Below are positions 52,389 to 64,000 of a DNA stretch of 64,000 nucleotides, in pieces (the stretch's first letter is position 1; each line of letters opens with the position of its first letter). The stretch lies in the NCBI RefSeq assembly GCF_006345805.1, contig NC_043006.1, positions 6,882,001 through 6,946,000 on the forward strand, given 5' to 3'. The translations under genes and the position numbers were made by a program. This stretch comes from Octopus sinensis (Eukaryota). The notes under the pieces are model-generated. The model was not told the DNA's origin. It ran no database searches and was given only the letters and a program-made list of their open reading frames with translations.

Positions 52389-54554
52389 TTTGAACCTTGT
52401 ATAGTCAGACTAGATAGATGCATCGACAGCAGGAAAAAAATAGATATAACCTAACAGCTGAACTGAACTGATATGAAATGAATATAACCTTGGCTGGCAG
52501 ATAATATGAACGGAGGTTTGCTACTGAAAAGTATAATGATGATGATTGTAGGGGGATGGTGGAGTAGAAGATGCTGATGATAATGACGGCGGTGGCAATG
52601 GTGCTGGAGCTGGTGGTGCTGGTGGTACTAGTGCTGCTGGTGTGCTGGTGAGTGGATAGCAAAAAGTATATTTTTTATGTAACTAAATTTACGCATGCGC
52701 ATAAGAGCAATGATTTATCGTCTGCTCTCTTGAAAATTGATATTTGTGTATAAAATATGGATGACAGACGGTGTAAGGTAACAATAGAAAAAAATGAGAC
52801 GGTATAGGCAACGGCTTAAAGAGAAGCATAGGGTCGAGTCACCAGGAGAGGCACAGGAGGAGCAAATTAGGAGGAAAATATGAATGAATGTGAATGCAAT
52901 GAGTAATTACAGTAGATAAAATAACGACTTCGAGATACAATAGTAACTGAAAATGAGAGAGAACTTCCAAAAGTTGTAAGCATATAATGGAATGTTACAT
53001 TGGTAACATGAATATTCTCTGTAATAATTGTGAAACCCTTCTATTTCTAAATGAAGCTTTATACTACTAATCGAATGGGGAAATCATGGTCCTTCACTCA
53101 TAGCCTTATGCAGAACAACTGTAAGGTTTTCTTAGATGCAAGTAATACAGAATATACAATCTATATCAATGAAAGCGAAGTTCTGTCTGTCCGTTTGGGG
53201 CCTCCGTTTCACAATTTACATTGATATAAACTACTAGGAATCTGGATGATGCTGGAATTGCAAATTTTCCCTTCATTTGGTTCTTGAATATTCAGCATTG
53301 GGATCTGAATTTAAAGCATTTGAGTTGCTATTTCTAATTGGTAAAACTTATCTGATTCACGCCATTTTATTTCGTCCTTGTCAGACGACATCAGAGATCA
53401 AGGGGGAGACGAAAGATCTTCCCCAAGTTACTTTTACGCCGAGATAAATATTTGGGAGAAACTGGCCAACAGTTGGAATTCAGCTTCGGACTGGAACAAT
53501 AGAATGATTTCATTGCAGAAATAATTCTCATCCATCCTTAACCTCTGATAAAACAACACCGCAGCATATAGTCACTATAGACGTATTATAGTTTATAGTC
53601 ATGCTATTTAGCTGTCTTCATTTTTGGGTTGCAGGCCCTCCGCAGGAACTAACGGATGTGTCTGCACAGTGTTCGGCTTTTAAGGTAGTTTCAAATAAAA
53701 TTCTATGGTTCTCTATAAACTTTCAGCCATCTACAAAATGTTTACTCGTGGAATTATTTTCAAGGGTACTCATAGCATATAATGTCATATAATAAAATAA
53801 AAATCATAATAAAATAAATCATTTATACGTAAGATAATAATAAAATAAAATAATTCATAATAATAAAACAAAATATTAATAAATAAAATATTATTTTGAA
53901 GCCCTCACATGACGTCTTGTCTGCCTCTTACATACGCATACATATATGTATGTATGTGTGTGTGCGTGTGTGATTGTGTGTATGTTTGTCTGTCTGCCTG
54001 TGTCTCTGTCAGTGTGTGTTTGTGTGTGTGTGTGTGTGTGTTTGAAAACATTTATTTATTTGCAAACATCAACATCATTCTGTGAAAACATCTGGAACAT
54101 ATTTTAACTTAATTGGCAGAGTTAGAATTTAAATGAAAACAACTTTATACTTAACGAGACAAGACAGTGTTACTTGGTGGCGGTGTTAAGCACAATATTC
54201 AATATCAATACACCTGCGTCGGATATAATTTTTTTTTTTCCAAAAATCATTTATAGGACAATACAATGATTTCACAGTTAGAGGTGCTTGGTAGAATGCT
54301 TTCATTTCTTTCTACAGACGAAATTCAATATTAGCGAAGTCCATTTCGATTCAAGGAGGAATTTCTGAGTAAATAATTAACGTATGAGTACAGTAATAAG
54401 GTCGATTCCTACTTCATGTTGGAATGTGTTACGTGAACAAGTTTTCCCATATTGAACCCATCAAAATGTTTCACATGTATATATATATATATATATATGA
54501 TAGATCTGTTGCCACTACACACATTTGTTTCTCTCCTTGTTTCTTTCTGTGTTC

Positions 54555-54590
54555 CTTTCTGTAGAAGAGCGTAGGCTCGAAACGTAAAAG
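54555..54590 (+). ncRNA. Minimal variant hammerhead motif (Penelope-type)
   Basis: Stem I CUUU/AAAG; core CUGUAGA plus extra A; stem II GAGC-GUAG-GCUC; GAAACGU; site GUA. Confidence 0.55.
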
Positions 54591-55059
54591 ACTTTTTTCT
54601 ATTCCTGAGCGATATACTAATATATCTGTTTGTTTTCTACATCACCTGTCTTCGTCTTTTGCTTTTTTCGTTAATTATCTCCCTATATATATATATACAA
54701 AATGGGACAAGAACGCAAAACATTCAAATAGACGATATAAAAAACGGACGGGTCATTCGAAGCCTCTAATCTTCAGTCAAGAACCGGATCATCCTCGCAA
54801 TTTCGGCTGAAGGCACATAGACATGTAAGTATATGCGTGCGTGTGTGTTTGGGTGGGTGTGTGTGTACGTATGCATGTGTGAATGCGTATGTAACTTGAA
54901 TATACTTTTAAAAAATAGCTTTTATTATGGACTTTTCGTAACGCATGCACAATGATATAGCGTGATCTCCGGCACCGGACGGATCTAAGTGTTCATGACG
55001 AGACAACAATTCATGCCCGTGCGTACACACAAATAACCTGTCATTTGAATTTCTACTTG

Positions 55060-55923
55060 GCAAAATCCTGCATTATCAGTTGAAGAATTGGCAATAAAGC
55101 TTAGTTCAAACCATACAAGTGTTCATCGTCAACAACTTGGAAAGGTTCCTAAACTTGGAAAATGGGTGCCTCATGAATTGTCCGAAAGCAACCGCAAATC
55201 CCGAGTTGACATCTGCTCTTCTCTCCGTTCTCGCGAATTCATTTCACCCTTTTTCGATAGACTTGTGATTAGTGACGAAAAATGGATCTTCTGTCGAAAT
55301 GTTAAACGTCGTAAACAGTGGCTTGGTAAAAGGGAAAAAGCTCAACTACAACCGAGAAGAGAATTTCATGGAAGAAAGTTTCTTCTCTCTATCTGGTGGG
55401 ATTGCAAAGGAGTAATTCACTTTGAATTGTTACCACTTAATGCAACAATCAATGCTCAAGTCTACTATCAGCAATGAGAGCGTTTGAACCAAGCTTTGAA
55501 GAAAAAAGACCCGCTTTAGTGAATCGAAAAGGATTGATGTTTCATCAGGACAATGCGCGACTCCACACTGCAAAGATCACATCACAGAAGATCGAAGAGC
55601 TTGGTTGGGAAAATATTCCTCATTCACCTTATTCTCCCGACCTTGCTCCTACAGACTACCATTTGTTTCGTAGTTTAGAGAATCATGTGGGGGACATAAC
55701 TTTCGCAAACCAGGAGGAGGTCGAAACTGACATTTCAGAGTTCTTCGCTTTGAAACCAAAAGAGTTTTACATTGATGGGATTAAAAAGCTTGTAAATAGA
55801 TGGAAGGAAGTCATAGATAATCAGGGAAAGTACACGGAGGATTAAATTTTAATTAAATATAACATTTGATCACTTGTTTTTCTTTATTCAAACTTCGGAC
55901 AGAACTTATGGTATGACCTAATA
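55060..55923 (+). mobile_element. 5'-truncated mariner (D,D34D)
   Basis: WVPHEL; SDEKW; LLSIWWD; FHQDNAR; PHSPYSPDLAPTDYHLF; 3' TIR CGGACAGAACTTATGGTATGACCTAATA (55896-55923) followed by TA; stop and frameshift near 55475. Confidence 0.92.
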
Positions 55924-56621
55924 TATACACGATAGGAATATATAATACAATGATATTAAATCAAATTTACAGTTGCTACCTTAAAAATAGCATGTTGGCA
56001 TTAGTATCTGTGTGTGTGCGTTTGTGTGTGTGTGTGTTTGTGTGTGTGTGTGCGTTTGTGTGTGTGTGTATGTGTGTGTGTGTGTGTGTGTGTCTGTCTG
56101 TTTATGTATCTCTGTATGTATAATGAGTGATTCTGTATAAAGAAGTAGGGAATGTAAAATTATTTCAGGCACCTACGTTTATGAAGGTTTATATTAGTAA
56201 TAATTTCATGGTTAGCGACTTCCACCATTCCCACATTGTGCTGCCCATGCGGAACTAGAAAAGGTGAAAGTCTGAAGCAGGTATACAAACTTTTCTGTTT
56301 CCAGGAAGGGAATATGAGAAAGTTCCTTCAAGTAGGACTTAAATCCAAGTTATGCAATAGTAATTACGATCAGAAATTATGACATTATGAAATTTAGGAT
56401 GATAACGTGAAGCTGAGATTAATGGAATTCAATGTGGTTTGTCGAAAGGGAAAACATTGATTTGACAGACGTAGTTAATTAGAAGTCGAGTCCTAGGTCA
56501 TCGGATGCGGTAAAATCATTTCAAATTACCTTCCTTGGAATCAGAGTTACAGATACGCATCCACATTCCGAAATTTGGGTGTGCACGCGAACGCGCGCGC
56601 GCGCGTGTGTATGTGTGCGTG

Positions 56622-56664
<43 letters not shown>

Positions 56665-56670
56665 GTGTGC

Positions 56671-57185
56671 AGGTGTGGATTTGTAGTAAGAAGCTTGCTT
56701 CCCAACCACATGATTCCGGGTTCAGTACCACTGCGTGGCACCTCAGATTTTCACCTTTTCACCTTTCCTAGTTCCGCATGGGCAGCACAATATGGGAATG
56801 CTGGAAGTCGCTAACCATTAGTGTCTTCTAATATAGACTCGGTTTGACCAAATCCTTGTGAGTAGATTTAGTAGACGGAAACTCATGTAAATACATTTAA
56901 ATACTTTTAAAGTGTTTCAGCACTAAAGCTGCAGGCATCCTGGGGCACCACCGGTGTATATATATTTATGTGAGGGTGTCTTTGCGTCTGTGTTTGTCAC
57001 CACACCATCACTTGGTCACCGATGTTGGTGTGTTTATGTCACCGAAACTTTGCGGTTCGGAAGAGCGACCTGTAGAATAAGTACTAGGGTTACAAAGAAT
57101 GAATCCTCTGGTCAATTGTTTCGACTAAAGGCGGTACTCCAGCATGGCTGCCTTCAAATGACTGAAATATGTAAAAGAATAAAAT
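56671..57185 (+). mobile_element. SINE family A with a templated inverted insertion
   Basis: Head and B box, break at CTGCGTGGCACC, resumes at GTGTCTTCT (56821). Confidence 0.75.
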
Positions 57186-57290
57186 GTGTCTGTGTGTATG
57201 GGTGTATATTTATGTATTTACATATTTATGTATACATGTCTATGTAATAGTTAATAATAATGATAATAATAATAATAATAATAATAATAT

Positions 57291-57533
<243 letters not shown>

Positions 57534-57695
57534 CGTTGGATAGTAATTATAGATATTTTAATACGACTCTACGCTCGTTTCTGCAAATCACGTTATGTTA
57601 ATATCATTGTCCGTATTCCTGGGACAATTAACCAGCAGTCCGTAGTTTCCCGTAAACGAACATAAAAGAAATATATATATATATATATGTATATA

Positions 57696-57744
<49 letters not shown>

Positions 57745-57762
57745 GTATATATATATATATAT

Positions 57763-57812
<50 letters not shown>

Positions 57813-58472
57813 TATACACATATACATAGACGTATCATGTGTTTATAAATATAACCAAACAGATATTTGCTTTTCCATCAGAAGCCCCGAAATGTGTCGT
57901 GTACGATACAAATAAGAAGATACTATATTTTCGAAAGCAGATTTGCCGTTAGAACACCAGAATTACTGAGTAGATTTCCCTTACAAGACGCAAAGATTTG
58001 TCAGCAAGTAGCTATGGCTTATGCGCACATGGTTGTTCTATAAAGCTAAAGTATTTAACGTTTAATTCTGTGCATGTATTTGTTGTTAGAGGGCATCGAG
58101 TTGCATTGCTGACTGTGGACAACAGTTTCGGCCTTGTCAGGGTAATTTACTCAATATTTCTGCTGTCCCAACAGATACTCTGTGTTCGAAAAATATCATC
58201 TTCTTATTTCTATCGTACGTATATGTGTGTATGTACATAACCGGGTACAGAGGCATGATGGAATGCTTCATTAATGATGATTGGGCTAAGTACATGCCAA
58301 CAACTCTGCCATATACTTCTATGAGAGGAGAGTCTAATATTATATATGCTACCCGGTATTAAATTCCACAAGTCTTAGAACTTATGCAAAGTTAACTTGC
58401 AATTTCACATACATATGTACATAGCTATGTACGCTACACGCCCACTTTCATGTGCATAAAGATATGTAAGTG

Positions 58473-58539
<67 letters not shown>

Positions 58540-58658
58540 ATGTATGTATGCATATGTGTGTTTTATTTGTGTGTGCGAGTGTGTGCATGTGTGTGAGGGT
58601 GTGTAGGTATGAGTGTATCCCTATGTATATAAATATAATCTCTGCAAGTATTAATATG

Positions 58659-58692
<34 letters not shown>

Positions 58693-60058
58693 TATGTGTA
58701 TATATGTATAGATATATGGATATATGTATATATATATGCCTACCTACACACGCACATATATATCCACACACACACACACATATATATATATACATATACA
58801 TATATTTATATATACATACATATGCAGATACAGAGAATGGCAGAGACTTAGTGAGAGAGAGAAAGAGGGAGAGCTCATCGCTATATTACTTGGGAATATG
58901 GTTAAATAACAAACGGACAAACAAATTTATTCTTGAGCGTGTATAATAAGTTGATTCAAGTGCATGTATGTGTGTGGCTGTGTAGGTAGATATATATAAT
59001 ACCTGCCATAGAAGTGGGTTTTTTTTTCAGACACCAAACATGACGAAAACAACAGCACTGTCCTCGGTATACTCATTGTATACCAGATTTGCTGAGTAAA
59101 TATTAACGATATTATTGCTAAGCATATAATAATTATTATACGCTGCTAAGCATATGATGATTGATTGAAAAGGTGTTGATAATTATAACATAGAATAAGG
59201 ATTACGAAATTCTAAAAATCGAAATAAAAAAATATAAATGTAACATAAATTACAAAAATAATATGAAACAAAGCTCCGATTATTAAATGATTTATAAGTA
59301 AACATTTCAATGGAGATAATGGTGGAATAATTGAAAGACGCATTGTGTAAAATTTAGTAGCAAACATATGGAAGAGAAAGTTCATAGATGTATACAAATG
59401 TATGCATCACAAGAAAGGTCATCCTGACATTTGCTCATGTATCACCTAGTTTTTCATAACCAATCGCACACACACACACATACATACACAGTACCCGGAC
59501 ACACATGTACATATATATATGTTTGTGTATTTGTGTGTGTGTATAAATGTATGAATGTAAGTATGTATGTATGTATATGTATGTATATACATACATATAT
59601 TCATATATTCCTATAAACACACACAAATAATTATACACGTGTATATATTAATGAATACATATATGCAAGTTCATAGATGTATATATGTATATATTCGTGT
59701 GTGTACATATATATGTATATATGTATGTATGTATATATGTATATATATATATATGTGTGTGTGTTTATATATATATATATGGATGTATGTATCGGTGGTT
59801 AGAAGGAAGGATGGATGGATAGATTTCGATAAACACGCATGCATACATTTTGCTTAGGCATAGCGATGCTAATAATCTGGTGTTTGAATATCATATACTT
59901 ATGCTTCAGAGAAAAGCGTCAGTCGAATACGGAGCAGTAATAAAAAGTTAAAAGGACAAATGATAAAGGAATTGCCATGACGTACAGTAGCATACGACCG
60001 TTTCTGCTATAGAATGCAATGCATTCATAGTGGAAAGCTTGTGTGTCACCCTGTCGCT

Positions 60059-60226
60059 TCATCGGAGCTTGAAACATGAAGCACAATTGTGAAAGCATAT
60101 ATTAACGCAAGAAAGCATTACTAATTGCCTCCAATTTCTTTTTTCTTTTTTTTTTTTTGCTTTTGTTTGGTAATACCTTTCTTGCATATGTATAGAAATT
60201 GCACTTCATGTCTGAAGCTCCGATGA
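60059..60226. repeat. Imperfect inverted repeat (arms about 60-65 bp, T-rich spacer)
   Basis: TCATCGGAGCTTGAAACATGAAG..GCAAGAAAG vs CTTTCTTGC..CTTCATGTCTGAAGCTCCGATGA. Confidence 0.75.
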
Positions 60227-61062
60227 TACACACGCAACCAAGCAGGAATACTTGCATCTTTTGGCAGAAAGAGTTGTTAGTTAATGAAGTTCATGATATA
60301 CTTTCTTTTGCTTTGTCTTTTCAATTTGGCCCCGAAGTCGCAGAAGAAAAGACATGAAGACCATATAAATATAACACATGTAGAAATATAACATAATTGT
60401 TCGAAAACTGATTCATACATTATATATACCCTTCCTCACCAATCGGAGATAAAAACGGTCGATATATCATTCTTATAGCCTACAATACAAGTATGTATAA
60501 TCTTCCATATTCATTACAAATGACAGATTACATCTTTCCTGTAACATATTTTCACCAAAAGAAATTTATGAGTGAGTATAGAGGCATTATATCTACTTTG
60601 TGTACAGATCAACAATATAAAATAATCTTTAAAACCGAGCATTTTATGTTCAGCTGAGAAATATTACATTGTAAAGTTTTTCACATCAGTGAACAAGGGA
60701 CGATGGAGCTAACGTGAAGTTTCAGATAGCAGAACAACTTTAATATCTTTTTTACAGGGTAACGGGAAAAGCACACAGGTGATCTGGCATCTCATGAGAC
60801 ATCGCCATAATCATCCTTGTAGCCCGCCTCGAAATCCACGACAGAGTCCGTTGATGGTGAAGGAGAACACACTACATTTATAATATTCAATTTCCATCCT
60901 ATACCTAATCTTACCCTTGTGAAAGAGACGAACACACTATATTGGTTTATCAACAAAGCAAAAAGTGGACTCTATTATCGTTCGAATTGCTGTAATTATT
61001 ACCCCCAAATATCCTTACAAATTATTTATTACGGTTCAGAGAAAGGAAGGAGAAATTGTATT

Positions 61063-61519
61063 GTTGGCATCCTTTTTGTCTCGGGAGACAATGGAGTTGC
61101 GCATAAAGTAGTCTAGTCCGGCTTTTACATTTCATGTCCTGATACATTTCCTGCTGTGGCTGTGTAGTCCTATCCTGGACAAACACTCCCTCTGGCAGGT
61201 ACCGCAAATGTAGCGAAGACTGTTCCTGGCTGGTTGTAATGCCATAGTTTCTTGTTGACGTCTTTTCTTGTCTTTCCATTTCTCCCCTCTCTCTCTCTGT
61301 CACTCCTTTGTATTCCCGCTCTTACGGTACGTCGCCAGTCTCCACGGTTGCCGGCAACTGCCTCCCAACCGCTAATATTGATGTTGCAGGCCTTCATATC
61401 CCTTTTGCAAACATCCTTGTAACGTAAGAGCGGTCTACCCACAGACCTAGTACCCTTAGCAAGCTCTCCGTAGAGTATGTCCTTGGGGATTCTGCCATCT
61501 CTAAGGATGGCAGAATCCT
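61063..61519 (-). mobile_element. 5'-truncated RTE LINE with 28-bp TSD
   Basis: DGRIPKDILYGELAKG..GRPLLRYKDVCKRDMK..WRRTV; 3' stem-loop TTGTCTC-CC-GAGACAA then GGATGCC; TSD TTCAGAGAAAGGAAGGAGAAATTGTATT at 61035-61062 and 61520-61547. Confidence 0.9.
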
Positions 61520-64000
61520 TTCAGAGAAAGGAAGGAGAAATTGTATTATGCATCCCTATATACAGTAATCTTGAATCTCGAAGACGGAATAAGGATATAT
61601 GCAATGTTTTGATCATAGATCTATTCAATCGTGTATTATATGGAGCTAAAACTTAAAAAATAACTATTTTCTTAAGACCACGAGTAGACAATTGGCCATT
61701 GTATTCAGTACGTTCCGGTTACGTTCAGATTTCAAGTCTTAGTGCTGTGAAATTACATTTTATTCTTACTGATACTCCGTTCAGTTTGATCGACTAAATA
61801 ATCCCTTTACAAAACATAATTTGATACCTCAAATTAGTTTCTATCGTGACATTTCGAAGTAGCAACGTGGTTAGTAAATATGTAGTATAATGCAGGATCA
61901 TAGCAGAATTTGTTAACTCCCGAACTGTGAACGCTAACTAATTTGTCGCTCTAAAAGGAAATACTAGAGTTCAGCAAATCAATCAATGAATAATTCTAAT
62001 AATTGAGTAAAAATTACTTGTTTATGAACTAACGCTGGAACTTTAACATATTCTGTTATGTTACTGAGCAAAAACGGAAACTATCGTACTTATCTAATTA
62101 CATATGTTTAAATTATACCAATATCTCACCGATGGTTGTTTGAACAACGAAATAGCCTTGTATATTTGTCTGTCTCATAACCTCACTTCTTTTGATTAGA
62201 TTTTTTAATTATCTGATCAGTCTTGTCATAATTATTAATTTCTGATGAGGTAGACATTAAATGATGGCAAGGTATCAATGATGGTGACTTTTTCACTTTA
62301 TCTAAAGATAACTAGATAGACATACGTCTATATTTTATAGACGGACATAAAAGTCGTTTAAAACATTGCCTACAAATTATTAATACATTTACTTATAAAG
62401 TAACAGCTTTCATTAGCTTTAGACAATTTTGTTTTAATATTCTTCCCATTATTAACTTATCTTTCGAAACATATTAGAAGGTTACTGCTAAGTCAAAGAA
62501 TGTTTGCCAATGAATCTCTTGTATCGCTTGTATAACACGTATCGCTTGACTATTTTTTACACAAAATCATTTATTTATTTACATTTTATTACCATAATGT
62601 CATATACACGCAGTCATGTACACACATATCTGTGTATATGTGTATGTTTTATGCACATCTGCCATTGCTATCGTTTTACTTCTATTTTATAGGTATAGAT
62701 GTGTGGATGATATGATACTGAAATATGAAATAAATTTTCTTATCTATTAACTTAGGAGTTTCAACATAAATAGTAACATAAAATTCATAGGAGATTTCAT
62801 GTCACACTGAAGTATTTTATCATCGAATTTTCGAATTCTGAAGAATTAGTTAAACTGCAGAAATCAAAGTTTCACACATCAAGTCTGTCGCTATTTTAAC
62901 TATAAAACGCCACTTAAAATGCTTAAAAATAATGATGGTCCGACAAGATGAATTCATAATAACTATCATGTATAAAGTTTAATTCTGTTGAAAAGTTACA
63001 AGGTAACAAATTTCAGTTTCTATCAAGTACTTCGACGTCTTACCAACACGTCTACAACCTATCACATGCAATGAGACTTAGAAAGCATGATTATTATTAA
63101 TAGTTCACAGCATTTTACCACAAGTTAGAAAACAGCTACCTTTTAATCAATTTAGGTGTTTTGATAAGTGCTTTTTAAGTTTTGTTTAGTGTTTGTAAAT
63201 TGTGTTATTTGATAACGCATCATTTATTAGAAAATGTGTGAGGATAAGAAATGTGTTTCTCTCTCCTCGCTAAAAGGGCAGTTAAAACTATTTCTAAGGA
63301 TAGAATGTAAAAGAAACGATATAGTAATCAAAGTGGGTGTAAATACCAACAATACATGTCTGTAAAAATACATTTTATTTTTTCTAAAATTTTTGTTCTT
63401 CCGGCTTATGTTATTCCCAGCAAGATTATACTTGATAAGCAAGCAGATATTTAAACATATGTTTCTATATTTGCGCACGACTTACCAAAAATGCTAAACG
63501 CAAAGCGCTGTTCATTGTTGTGAATTAAATATAAGGAAACTACTATATCTGGAAGATGAAAAAAATTGCATGAGAGCGTACTTTTTGGTATTCTTACGTG
63601 TTTTGATTTAATGAAAAGCTGGAAGTCAATAAACACAAAATAGATTACATAATCTAATGGTTTTGAAATCTTCAAATAGCAAAATTAAATCTCGACCCCA
63701 GCTATATTACATAACGTTTTAGTAAGTGTAGTAGTTGAGGTAATATTTTAATGATGACACAATACTAGATAGAATATTAGTGTCTCTGTATTGGTCATCG
63801 TGTAAACAACCATAAAGTTGCTTCACCTATTAGAAGTAACAGATTATAAATCATATTACATTTAGGTTTCAATAAAAAAAAAAATCATGCAGCAAACACG
63901 AACAATAAAAACAATTACAAATGCTACAAATGTACACAAACACACACACAGACGTAAACAAGCATATGTGTATATTGTATACATGCACACCTAAATAAGT

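Noticed and set aside
54735-54790. Minus-strand CTGAAGA...TTCGAATGAC in a repeat next to (TA)n
   Set aside because: GAAU instead of GAAA, weak stem II, no convincing stem I or III.

Overview
AT-rich, microsatellite-dense eukaryotic DNA made almost entirely of transposon remnants. I recognise the SINE families as octopus-like (coleoid cephalopod); this is inference from memory, not a database search. No host protein-coding gene can be supported, and nearly all short ORFs are microsatellite artefacts. Contents: four tRNA-derived SINE families (about 20 copies), two decayed Penelope-like elements (Naiad-like and Neptune-like) tail-to-tail, each interrupted in its GIY-YIG domain by the same non-autonomous Helitron family, a cluster of R4/Dong LINE fragments, Tx1/L1, RTE and CR1 fragments, mariner/Tc1, MULE and probable hAT relics, and fold-back elements. 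The most notable signal is a set of hammerhead ribozyme motifs in short elements embedded in (TA)n arrays. One is a perfect 128-bp palindrome (34311-34438) encoding a complete type I hammerhead on both strands. Two are minimal variant hammerheads (40044-40078, 54555-54590) whose stem I covaries. Different retroelement clades also appear anchored on different microsatellites. Coordinates of degenerate elements are approximate; all translations and folds were done by eye.
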